A DNA stretch of 60,702 bases, counting the filler, from Sluysia triapertura (Eukaryota), in the NCBI GenBank assembly GCA_046118255.1. It is 4 parts of 4 records of this genome, joined end to end, with 100 filler letters (N's around TTAATTAATTAA, not from the genome) between each part and the next. Parts side by side here need not be neighbours in the genome. Positions count along the whole stretch, not along the records: positions 11,440 to 27,647 come from JBJNIA010208591.1; positions 27,748 to 39,940 come from JBJNIA010130182.1; 2 more parts are not named here. One strand, written 5' to 3'. The position numbers were made by a program, and so were the translations under genes. Position 1 is the stretch's first letter; every line of letters starts with the position of its first letter. The notes under the pieces were generated by a model that saw nothing but the letters and a program-made list of their open reading frames with translations, was not told where the DNA came from and did not search any database. This document shows positions 26,843 to 38,520 of this stretch, piece after piece.

Positions 26843-27616
26843 TTAAATAAAATTGTAGTATGTTTTTAAAATGCTACTTTTGTAGGCCCATAATATTCGT
26901 AATGTTGTAGTGAGGGCTTTTTGATAGTTTAAAATATTATAGTTGTCGCCTCTATTCTTGACGTTGAAGGTACAAATATAAGTAACTGTCTTTTTAGAAC
27001 GAATTAGTGCTATTTCGAAGTCAGGCAAACAACTCGTAGGTTTGTTGTCTCCTTTTAAGAAACTAAGATTATTATTTAAAAGTGATAGTATTTGTATTAC
27101 AAGTCCGTCATGACATGTTCGCTCTAGTGTAACTTCACTACCGCTCTTGTTTTCTACATAAAAATCATAAGGAAGTTTACCCGTTTCATGTTGTGTTTTT
27201 GCATCATTTAATTCACCGATTATCATGACTAAAATTGGCTCTTTAACCCTTGTTAAATAGCTCTTATATCTCATCGCGATAATACTTTTACTATAAATCG
27301 TCTTACTCCTACTTAAGCTTACTAAAACTTCATAGATGTTGATAAAATATAAAACGCAAATATATAAATTGAGGTTTAGAAGATATATATTTATTTTAAA
27401 TGACAAAAAAGGAAATTTGGGATCCTTCTTGTTTTTCTTGATCTGCGTCTCCTTCATCGTAGATTCACTTTCACTGTATATAATCCTGGAATTATAATAA
27501 CGAAGTTTAATACAATTAATATTTACACGAGAACATATAAAATTAAAGATAATACCTCTGGAGCTACCAGGTATCTTCATAACTAAACTAGATAACATCT
27601 CCTTTGTCATTTCCAT
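26843..27616 (-). CDS. C1QBP: Diverged MAM33/C1QBP (p32)-like mitochondrial matrix protein; C-terminal helices not recognisable, possibly a pseudogene
   Basis: ELNDAKTQHETGKLPYDFYVENKSGSEVTLERT...LNNNL...SCLPDFEIALIRSKKTVTYICTF matches the MAM33 pattern (EI..E...LP..F.....G.E..L.R ... P.F.V.I.K..K.L...C). An Arg/Ser/Lys-rich presequence-like stretch precedes it. The first ~95 aa of the ORF look non-homologous. Confidence 0.5.
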   Translation of the reverse strand: MEMTKEMLSSLVMKIPGSSRGIIFNFICSRVNINCIKLRYYNSRIIYSESESTMKETQIKKNKKDPKFPFLSFKINIYLLNLNLYICVLYFINIYEVLVSLSRSKTIYSKSIIAMRYKSYLTRVKEPILVMIIGELNDAKTQHETGKLPYDFYVENKSGSEVTLERTCHDGLVIQILSLLNNNLSFLKGDNKPTSCLPDFEIALIRSKKTVTYICTFNVKNRGDNYNILNYQKALTTTLRILWAYKSSILKTYYNFI

Positions 27617-27647
27617 TAGGTCATTATAATCAGTATATGCAATATAA

Positions 27648-27747
27648 NNNNNNNNNNNNNNNNNNNNNNNNNNNNNNNNNNNNNNNNNNNNTTAATTAAT
27701 TAANNNNNNNNNNNNNNNNNNNNNNNNNNNNNNNNNNNNNNNNNNNN
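27648..27747. other. Assembly gap with TTAATTAATTAA linker
   Basis: Same 100-nt structure. Confidence 0.97.
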
Positions 27748-27823
27748 AAAATAACGGATGAATATTCGTGTACCTATCCTGGTATTGTTTGTAAATACAC
27801 GGGCCGCCACTTTGACACCACTG
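27748..27823. mobile_element. hAT (Buster/SPIN-type) element right end, truncated by a gap
   Basis: gggccgccactttgacaccactg is the reverse complement of CAGTGGTGTCAAAGTGGCGGCCC; flanking 8-mer gattagat has a central TA. Confidence 0.65.
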
Positions 27824-28183
27824 GATTAGATGAATTTTTATACCTAAAAACTGTTAAATTACTGTTTAACTTTTCTTATTTTAATAAACTGCTTGAAAAT
27901 CCTAAATTTAGAATATTGATAATTTTTAAAATAATGACAACTTTTTTATGTCAGTAAATTAAATTTTTTTGTATTATTAAAATTTTTACTTTATATTTTA
28001 TTTAGTTTAAAACATCCTTTTATATGAATTTGTTTTCAATTATAATCACCTTCAAACTAATAATGTATCATTAAATTAAAAAATATTTTGTAAGACTTGA
28101 ATTGTAAAAAGAATTTTAATACTCTTTAATATTTAATTTCTATAAGATTTTATTTGTTTATATAGTTTTTAGTACAGTTTTTA

Positions 28184-28832
28184 ATGTCAACTTTATGTTA
28201 CTTGAATTCTGTCTTTCAAAGTTTGTCTTCATGTAATGCTTTTTGTAAAGAAATTAATCAACTTCACAATCAGTATCAATCATTAGAGAAATTAAAGGCG
28301 TTTAAGTGTTTATTGAATGGATTATCTGAGACTTTATCATTAGTGAACTACGAAAACATTTTATTATCAAATTGGACACTTCCTGGTGAACATGACAGTT
28401 TCGAGTTTTTGTCATTTGTATTGAATGAAGTTTATGAAGAATTAAGGAAACAAATGAACAATGAAAATGATAATACTGTAATGATGTGATAATATAAATA
28501 ATTTTCTAGGAACTATCTAATAAATTACCAATGCAAATTTTACAGAAATATCTTTTAATTTGTTCTTGTCATGAAATTGGTTTTTCTTTACAAATAAGTA
28601 ATGGATTACATATTGAAATTGAAAAAGGTTACTATGAAAATAATATTGAGAAATTGTTTTTTTCAGATACGAATTTACAAAGTTTATTGGACTTACATTT
28701 TTCGTCATTGTTAAAGATGGATTGTATATGTAAAGCATGTAATAAAAAAGATTGCAATCTAATAATCAAAATTGACAATTCATTGCCAGATACGTTTTGT
28801 ATTCATTTACAAAGAACGAAATATATAAATGG
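28184..28832 (+). CDS. USP30: Ubiquitin-specific protease (peptidase C19), USP30-like; two exons, partial
   Basis: Cys box LCYLNSVFQSLSSC, QxD-like box GEHDSFEFL, CxC/CxxC finger motifs and LPDTFCIHLQRT (USP30-type LPxCLCIHLQR). Phase-0 32-nt GT-AG intron 28478-28509; donor GG|gtttgt at 28833. No convincing His-box exon found, so it may be a pseudogene. Confidence 0.7.
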
Positions 28833-29625
28833 GTTTGTGTTATATTTATTATTTTGTATGTGAATGTTTGTGATATATTTGCGCGATTTTAATTTTATTC
28901 AAAACATGTTATTAAGTTTTGAATCGTGAATTTATTTTTAAATGAATTTATAATGTTAAAGCCTAAGTTTCGTTCCTCCTAAAAAAATCAATTAATGTTT
29001 CTCGAATTGTCATCTTAATCAGAATGGGTAAACAGTTACGGAACTTTACTGAAATTAAATTTATTAATTTTAGTATCTTATTCTTTTTTATTCTTAGCAA
29101 TTGAAATTGCCGATGTTGGAAATATGTTCTGTAGTTCATTCTTCAATATGGGTATCTTATTTTCATTTTATTTTTTCTTTTTAAGGAATCTTCGAGTTTC
29201 TGTTTGTTTTTACTTTGTCGCGTTCTAAACCGAATCATTTTTCCGAAATTTTTCTTTTTTCTAATTGATTTTATATTTACATTTGTCTTTGTCCTTTTCC
29301 TTTTTTCTGTTATTGGGTTTATAAAGTTTAGGTGGCCCAGGATTGTAGGGCTTTGCAGGAAGTGGAAAGAAATGGTAGATTGTTGTGGCACAAATTTTAT
29401 GTGCTGCATTTATCACGAAGGAAAACTTCAGACATTATAAACAAAACCAAAGCAATGGATGAATTGACATTATATAGGTATTGACAACCTTTAATTTCAC
29501 TTGTGTCATGTCATCTCATACGTATCTGAAAACCTTCAACTTCTGTGTAAATATCCTAGTATCATAAGTTATTTTCAATATAAGCCAAATAATTAACAAA
29601 ATCGAATTATAATAAACACAAACAA

Positions 29626-29683
<58 letters not shown>

Positions 29684-29710
29684 TAATAATGAAATAATGA
29701 AATAATGAAA
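29626..29710. repeat. (AAT)n microsatellite grading into aaataatg repeats
   Basis: Directly visible. Confidence 0.95.
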
Positions 29711-31039
29711 ATGTATTGCGAGGTACTTTAAATCAATGAAAATAAAATATAAAAAACAAAATATATAATTAATTTTTATGTAAAATTAATAGAAAAATTA
29801 ATGCAGAGGGCCCCGGACGCAACGTCATAGGGTCGCAAAATTGCTTATAGAAAATAAATAAATAATTATCTGCCATACCCACGTCACCCCGATCTGTAAG
29901 TTGCAATTCTCATAATGTTATCTGTTGCTGTGTCTGTGGCGTCCTGTCAGCGTTCTTTCAGCAAACCGAAATTAATCAAGAATTGCCTTTGGAGCACAAT
30001 TGACATTAATCATCGAGAGAGAAGAATTCGAACTTATGGATGTTGGTAGTGTGATAGACAAGTTTTTGAACGGTGGGCTTGATCGCATGTCACTGTTGTA
30101 AAATTGGAAAAGATAAAATAAACTCTTCTTATTTGGACTTTTTTAGTTCATACATTGTCAATGTATTAGTGCTATTTGACCAGTGGTGGTGGTGGTGTTT
30201 TGGGCGCCAAGTAGAGGTCTTGTCCCTTCCTGGGACGCGTGATGTTAAAAAAGAATGAATATATAGTAGTAGTGCGTCGTAGTTTTGTGACATGATAAGA
30301 AAACAATATTAAAATCTATAAATGAAACATTTTAAACTACTAATCTAAACTCATTTATTTTTCAAAGTACGATCCATGTTTCTAAAGATTCAACACTTTT
30401 GACTAAAGTTCTTGTGGTTTATCTTCAAAAGTTTCACTCTATCGTGAAATCACTTCTCATTCGGATTTTTTTTCAAGAATGAGAAGAGCTAGAATTCTCT
30501 CGGGAATGCAATGTATGAGCTACAAGGAGTTTGCGGAAAATGAATTAATCAATATTTGCCAATTGCTTTCTGGGTAAATCAAACATTTTATCTTGGGTTT
30601 TATATTTTTATATCGTCTTGATTGAATGTAATGATAATTAATTTTTACAAATCAATGTCTACGTATAATAACCTTACATACTTCATATGTACATAAAATA
30701 ATATATTTCATTTGAATTTTATTAAACTTAAAATTTAATCGAGTTCTGTTTATTATTATCGAAATTAAATTTATTACTTGAATCTTGAATTTAATGAAAT
30801 ATTATTGGTCAATAATGACCTTGGGTTGGACATAGCTGGTCTCATCTTTGTGATGATAAGACACCAAAGAAAGTTGACCTTAGCTTTTTCCTGGATTTTA
30901 ATGTTTATTAATTGATTTTTAATAAACTATCTTTTCCTTAGGAAAGAGTTCTCATTTTATATTTTGATCCCTTAAATCATTTTCTAAATGGACATTTTTA
31001 GAGGCCAATGTACTATTGAATTACTTTTTCCATCTACAT

Positions 31040-33232
31040 TACTCCATGATCAATATTAATCGCGCCTTCATTAGTGATTTGTAAATCTTAAAAAATTTAA
31101 TAAAAATAACAATTACTTTCGTAAATCTTGTTTTTATTTCCATTTTCGGCCTTGTTCGCCTATTCAAATAATCTAAAAATTAATTTAATAAAAAATAAAA
31201 ATTAATTACATATTTTTGATTTATTAAATATCTTCGACGATTTTCCAAAAGTTAAATTATGCCCCATATGTTTATCTGCATGCATTTCTTCTTTTGATAC
31301 TTCACACTAAAAACGTTAATTATAATGTATAGAAATTATATTTCCGAAAAGCTTAAACATAACCTACACTGCTTTCATTGTAATTCTATAAATTAATAAT
31401 AAAGAAAAAATTTATGATAAGTAATGAGTCATACCTTTTTTGTTGAATACGTATATAATCAACATCCAATAAAAAATAAAATATCTAATTAAAACAAATA
31501 TGTTAATAAAATAAATAAATACGTTAATAAACAAATACCTTTAGTTAATTTTTATCAATAATGTAATAATTACTATTGTAAATAGTACATATTGATAAAA
31601 ATTAATTTTAAAATATGATTACGAAAATTATTGAAGTTTACTTGCAAACTTTGGTATATAAATTTTGATAATTAAAATAAATAATTTTGATAATGCAACA
31701 CTTAGAAAAATTTTATATACAAACTATTTTTACTGAAATAATGTAGACATAATGTCAATGATTGTTATGATGACAAATTATGCACGTGATATTTGGTACT
31801 CTTAAGTTTGTTGTACGTCATATTATACAAAACTATTTTCAATTCTGGAAGTAACTCATTCATGCTTATACTTTTCTACGCCAAATGTATAAAATACTGT
31901 ATGTTTAATATCATATTGAATTTGATTTCTTGTAGTACGTACCATAATAAGTGATGTACATGTTTTATTAATACTTGTTCGTTTCAGATTTTTTGTTCAA
32001 TTCATTCCATTTAATTGACGGTAAGTATATATCATGGAATTGGATCAAATCAGTCTTCCACATTCACAATACATAATACTTTAATTAATAATTTGTTTTC
32101 ATTATTAACAAACTTTCTATATTTGCAATTTCAAGTTAACATTTAGATCTGGAATCAAATATTTTGTCTATTAAAAAAATAAACGATAATGAACCAATCA
32201 TTGTTAACCTTTTTGACATTTCAATCCATTATACTCGTGACTTTCATTAGAATCATATGCAATACCACTTAATGTTATAGCTTTAATATCAGCACTATAA
32301 TTTAAAACATTTTCGAATATTGCTTTTTGTGCATAAAAATCTCCACCTTCAACTAGAGTTCCATTAAATGATGAGATCACATCTTTCCATAATGCATGAA
32401 ATATGAAATTAGTTTCTTTATCAGGCAAATTTGTAGAATCTGACTTTGTAACTTTGTAACAAATATTAATGTGTTATGATCTAAGTATTCAGTTCCTGAT
32501 GCTTGTATTTTAAATTCTACATCGCTATGCATTTTTTATTTTATTTATAAGATAAATCTCTTCAGAAGCTGCATTTCGTATAACAATTGAGGAGGGCAAT
32601 CAAAAGTACGTATTTCAGTTTTGCACAACTAGTTATTTATCATTAAATAGAGTTACACTCATTTTTCGTCATTTTGGTTGATTTAAGGAAATTATACCAA
32701 TTTTTTTACCACTTGTAGTAAGTGCTGTTTAGTTTTTCTACAATAATGGGTAATGCCTCTTTTGCCTCGTTTACAGAATTTGTTTTCACAGATTCAATTA
32801 CTGGTCTTTCATTAACTAATACATCTTCTGCTGTTCTAACTAAAACTGTCCAACTTTCTTAACCACCCACTATCATATTGTATCCCACCCATTTGTAGTT
32901 GACTACAAGCTTCGATAATTTCAGGAATCATTGTATTTTTCGTAAGTGAATAGATAAACTTGTTTTATTCACATTAAAATAAATTGGTGGTCCGGAATCA
33001 TCATGAATATTAATTTCTATATTGTTTATAGATGATGATGATACTCATAAATAAATCAGATTTTTATAGTTACAGTAACTGCATCATGATTTTCATGTTC
33101 TTTAGTATTTGCTAACCAAATTGATCCCAGTAATGCTACTTTATTGTTTCCAGCATAAATCTACAAGTAAATCAATAACTCTTACTATTTGATAATGATA
33201 GGATATTACTAAGATTCTTTGTTAAAGAGAAC
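31040..33232 (-). pseudogene. Decayed cadherin-like membrane protein gene
   Basis: Fragments IYAGNNK..GSIWLANTKEHENHDAVTVTI, IEINIHDDSGPPIYF...ENTMIPE and VEFKIQASG resemble cadherin repeats. Also Cys motifs (KCQKG, YCECG), a hydrophobic TM-like segment near 31550-31600 and small GT-AG-bounded exons at 31040-31310. Several stops and frameshifts. Confidence 0.35.
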
Positions 33233-34092
33233 CTGAAAAATCAATTTTATTTTAAAATTCTTAATAATTTACAATGATCGTTAAATATATTTTACTTAGG
33301 TTCCTAACTTGGACTGAACAGCTATTATTTTACTAAGGTTCGTTAAATTGAACCTGGATATTTATGATTGAATAAGTTAAAAAAAGTTTGGTAAAGTTAA
33401 CCTAATTATTTTATTGATTACTAATTTAACTATGATAAACTTTAAAATTGAATGCTTGAAGAAAATATATTAATTAATTCGATTTATACATAAAACGGTA
33501 CTGATAAAAATTTGTAAAGATTATTTTTATTAATAAGCTCATGTAAAATAAATTTCAAAAGATAATTTAGTATGTTATCTAATTTAAATGATAATTGACG
33601 ATTTGATTTTAAATAACAATTGCTTTGCAATATTAAAATTATTGCTAAAAATCCCATTAAATAAAACCAACAAAATTAAACCGAAGTTTTCTTGTAACAC
33701 GTAGATCAAGGAAATATTTTTTTCCAAAAATTAATTAGCAAATATGCTTCCAATAAAGTTATTCTCCTGGTCGATAAGATTTTAAAGTCAAATTTGTGAG
33801 TGAAATTTTACTACGCATAAGTTTTTATACTTATAATTTATTTTACTTTGACTTAATTTTATTTAAACAAGTAATTTTTATTTTATTAAACAAATAATTT
33901 CTATTTTATTCGTTAGTTTTCAAATAATTATTTTAATTTAACAAATAGTTTATTAGTTATTTATTATTTTTATGCTAGATAAATAAATAAAATCATAAAT
34001 ATAGTGTACACAATAAAATTGAATTTTTTGTTGTAATAATAAATTCATAAAACATAAATAATTATTGATTTACACACAGTATATTGTACCTT

Positions 34093-34356
34093 TTACTGAA
34101 AAATTATATTAAGTAATACATTAATCCATTTTTTATTACCTTGTTTTGTAAAATATCTTTTTAACCTGTCTCTTGTAGTACGATTACATCGTTCAACTAA
34201 TGCTGTCTTATATTGACTAAACATAGAATAATAATTAATTCCATGTTTTTCTGGTATTTTTTTCACATCGTTTTTATAAAACTCTGCGACAAAATTTATA
34301 GGTTTGTCGTTTCTAATTAATGTCGATACTGTTTGCTGCGGTTTTACTCTAAATCC
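34093..34356 (-). mobile_element. Maverick/Polinton-type retroviral-like integrase core fragment (inactive)
   Basis: 87-codon open frame ...AEFYKNDVKKIPEKHGINYYSMFSQYKTALVERCNRTTRDRLKRYFTKQGNKKWINVL matches the Polinton integrase pattern (EFYN...I.HYST.S..KA..VERFNRT...YFT..G...WI.VL); the second catalytic Asp region (LQTD.G) is missing. Confidence 0.7.
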
Positions 34357-34547
34357 TACCTAACATAAATTTTATTCTAAAATATGAAGAGGCCGCATAT
34401 AGTAAAAGACTTATTCAGTTAAGGGCTTGTGTTGAGTTATGACAATTAGTTATAATATTTTTATTGAATATTTTATGGTGTAAGTTTTTTATGTATATCT
34501 TATTTTATTTTTGAATTTATTTTGCGTATAAATTTTAGTAAATATTA

Positions 34548-34587
<40 letters not shown>

Positions 34588-34606
34588 GTTATTATTATTA
34601 TTATTA
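34548..34606. repeat. (ATT)n microsatellite
   Basis: Directly visible. Confidence 0.95.
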
Positions 34607-36137
34607 TACTTTATAAATGTTTTGATATTAAAAATTAAATGAAATATTTAAAATTCATAATTTTTGTGAAGTTAATATTTATGTAAAATTTAATAAATTT
34701 AAAATAATAAAAATTTAAATATGATTATTACTTTTAAATAAAAATATTATTTTTGTTTCAATTACTATTTTTCATTTTGTTTAAATCAACCAATTTAATA
34801 ATATCGACATCGACATTGGAAATTTTCAGTATGTACATGTGTATGTGCAATTGGGAATTTACAACGTGAAGTCGAAGTTAATTATTAATAGTTAAGAAGA
34901 TCCATGATAAAGAAGTAATTTTATTTTGTTTAAGGTGCTTACCATTAAGGAAGATTTAAATACACGTAACTTTTCAACCTAACGCTATACCTTAACATTA
35001 ATATTCTAATTTAATATTAAGAAAAAGAACTTTGTTGTTTTTCTTAAATATTATTATATTTTATTCTTTTGTTTATTTTAATTGTTGTTATAAGCTTTTT
35101 TAATAATAAAGTATTTAGAGACTTGTAATTAATTTTTTTTCGATTTAAAATCTTTGCAATTATATGTTAGACCTTAAAGGCTAGCTTAACCTTTAAACTC
35201 ATTAAAATATTTTGATTTGTACGCTAGACCATAATCGGCTATTTTAAACTATTTCATATGACTAAACCATAATTGGCCAGTTTAACGCTTATCACTTAAA
35301 ATATATGACGAGTCGGTTCGCCTAATGTACACGTTTTATACCAATTCTGCAGACGTGTTATTAGGATTTAAACTTATCAAAAACCTAAAGTATATTAACT
35401 CTTATTCTACGTATACTTATAGGCTTACAATGAGTGTGTCTAATCTTAAATCAATTATACTGAAGACAAACTTTATAATTAATCACTATAACTGCTTTTT
35501 ACAAATTTAAATTGTTAATATACTTACACTATCCTTCAATGAAAATATAATTTTTACAAGCCTTTTTAAGGTCTTGTACAAAAATTAATTAATAAATTTA
35601 GTTAATTACTCTATCCTTTTTAAGGTGTAGATTGAAAACTATTATAATAATTTAGAGATTACACTAGCCGAATTAAGGTCTAGTGGTAAAAATGAATTTT
35701 ATTTAATAATAATAAATTAAACAAACTTATTAAAGTATATTTTCAAACTTATAAAAAGAATAGTAATAAATGCTTCAAGAATTTAAAAATTAGTTGCGCA
35801 AGCCTTATTAAGGTCTTACATAAAAATAACAAAATAAATTTTCGTTTATTTTAAAATTTCCTAATTAAAGTCAATTTAACAAACTTAAAATAAAAAAATT
35901 ACTTAATCATGGAAATTGGTATCAAAAAAATTTCTTCCAAACAATTTTCACTTTAATCTTCTTTATCCCTTAAAAAATTATGTTTAACCTAAAATTTTTT
36001 AATTCTAAATTTCTGTTAAATTTATATTAACTTTGCAAAAGCCGTCTTAGTTCTTTATCTGATTATTGAAATTAATTAATTTAAACAGAAATTACCTAAA
36101 ATATATTTCAAAATATTTTAAAATTTATTAAATTAAA

Positions 36138-36306
36138 NNNNNNNNNNNNNNNNNNNNNNNNNNNNNNNNNNNNNNNNNNNNNNNNNNNNNNNNNNNNNNN
36201 NNNNNNNNNNNNNNNNNNNNNNNNNNNNNNNNNNNNNNNNNNNNNNNNNNNNNNNNNNNNNNNNNNNNNNNNNNNNNNNNNNNNNNNNNNNNNNNNNNNN
36301 NNNNNN
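36138..36306. other. Assembly gap
   Basis: N run. Confidence 0.99.
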
Positions 36307-37419
36307 TTTAATATAATAGAAATAATTATTTGAAGAAATTAACAACCCAAAATATCAAATAATAAAAATCAAATAATAAAATTTACATAATATTTACACC
36401 TTGACACTGTCTATTGCAATTTTCTAAATTATTGATGCAGAAGTACTGAGTAACTTACTCTCTAGACAAAACCTAATAGGACGCCTTCTGCTCAGATTTA
36501 AGCCGTGCTCCAGAATAATTTTGTAAGCATAAGATAAGATTTTTTCATAGTAAAATACTTGCACTTGCCTGTATGATTTTGATTAAAAGGTCTTGTAATT
36601 TATTTAACTTTACTTAATACACAACATGTGATTTATCAAATACTTTAAGTCCTTACTTCAAATAGGACTGCAACAATATATTTTAAAGGCTTGTTTAAAA
36701 TAGCCTTTATGAAAAGCACAATCTAGTACTGATTTTGATTAAGTTATAACTGAATAATTTATAATAAAATACAAAGGTAAACTAATCCAACTATAAAAGA
36801 ATAGTAAAAATAATATAAATATTTATTTTACGATATTAAAGTCGCTCCGAACTTTAATTGAAATAATTTATTTTAATTATATTTTAATCGGCCAACTTGA
36901 AATGATCGTGAAAAATAATGAACAATATTAAGTGTATTTTACGTACCTCGTAAGGGTACGGTACTTAATTAGTAAGACTAGCGTAATATGAATACATTTT
37001 TTCTAAATGTGACACTGTTCGAATCTAAACTAGAATCCAATGGTTTTGTATCACAATGATTTTGTTCCTTGATATTGTCAACGACATTTATACCGGAATA
37101 TCATCAATTTTTGAAAAATTTAGTAACCAAAAATTTTAATAATCTTAATTCAAAAACTTTACTCTATTTATATTGGTATGAACCTCCGTAAATTTATAAT
37201 CTATTGATTATTACATAAATAATAATTTATATTTTAATTTATTAATTTAAATATTTTAAACTTAATTTATACTTTAAAATTTATATTTACTTTTGATTTT
37301 AAATAATTTTTATTTTCTAATTCTAATAATTTAATTTAATTTTAATTTTATAATACTTTTTATTTTTCTAATTCTAATTTAAAATATATTTGTAACCATT
37401 ATTAATTTTTGAATATAGA

Positions 37420-37680
37420 ATCATTTCCATTAAATCAACTTGCCATAATTCATTTGGTCCTCCTTTTTTATATTTAGATGTTGGATCTTTCGTCTCATTT
37501 CTCAAACATTTTAAATATTAAATAATGTACATTTAAATTACAATGATTATCATCTTGATGAAATAGGTTTTTGAGATATAAAAATTATTGTCTCTTTATG
37601 TCTAGCTATTTTAATGAATAAATTATTAAAATCATTTTGTTTATTAGCTTCTTGGTATAAATGATCAATTACTCTGCTTG
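37420..37680 (-). mobile_element. N-terminal part of a retroviral-type (rve) integrase, degraded
   Basis: KKGGPNELWQVDLMEM carries the first catalytic Asp motif (WQxDL); upstream sequence is broken by stops. Confidence 0.55.
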
Positions 37681-37849
37681 ACTAATCGTCAAAACCATTA
37701 ATTACTTTAATATTTTTTAATTTACAAAATTCGGTCTAAGTTAATTCTGCTTATATATGTTTTTAAACCTATTACTATGTTTTTCCAATACAACTTGGGC
37801 TTACAATTCGGTGTGTTACATTATTACATAAATCAATTTAAATATATCT

Positions 37850-38520
37850 TGTAATTATTTGAGAACCTTCATTTCCCTGCATTCCAAATGCTCGTACTGC
37901 AAAATTAATGCAGGAACAGTGAATGGAGCTATTCTGCGCATGATAAATTCAATGACTACAATGGTACGTCATTATGAATATAACAAAGAATATGTTTAGC
38001 ACCTTTAATCGACCGGAAGTTGTTGAATTGGCATTTATTGCAGCCTCTATGATGGCCAATTACTGTTCTGTCTTCCTTCTGGTGGTTACGAGGGATTCCA
38101 TTAAGTAGTTGCAAAAATTAACTTGTTCCATATTGTCAAATATTTGTCAGATTTGTCTTATTTCGGCCAATCTTTTTTTGATGGTACTCAAATTATCTGT
38201 CATACCGATCAGATAATCGTCGGACCAATCATTATACTATTTACTTTCCGATGCATCTAGCTCCATTGAATTTGTAACATCTAACAGTAAAAAAATTAAA
38301 TAACAAATATTAAAATTATAAAATAAAATACTTATAATTAACAGGACTCTTCTGTGAATTCGGTACCGTATCGTCATCGAATGTCGTAATTTCTAATGGG
38401 TCGCTATTTTCTTTTTCGGATTCAAATTGTTCGATAATTTGTTGACTCTCAGCAGTGTTTCTGCATTTCGGCCTCATAGAGGAGTGCTACTTGGTATTGT
38501 TTGTAACGCTGGAGAAGATG
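37850..38520 (-). pseudogene. Decayed intron-containing gene of unknown identity
   Basis: Coding-like composition in two blocks separated by a probable ~50-nt GT-AG intron near 38281-38330. Reads ...QFESEKENSDPLEITTFDDD... and ...DNLSTIKKRLAEIRQI*QIFDNMEQVNFCNYLMESL..., with three in-frame stops. Confidence 0.35.

Noticed and set aside
26843-28863. Head-to-head pair of two mitochondria-related genes (C1QBP-like and USP30-like)
   Set aside because: A linker gap of unknown size separates them and both may be non-functional, so adjacency is not evidence of co-regulation
29800-30240. Minus-strand translation vaguely like inositol monophosphatase (..NIMRI..G*RGYG..PYDVASGA)
   Set aside because: Several stops, core motifs absent, and the GC-rich end (gggcccc, gggtcgc) looks like transposon subterminal sequence
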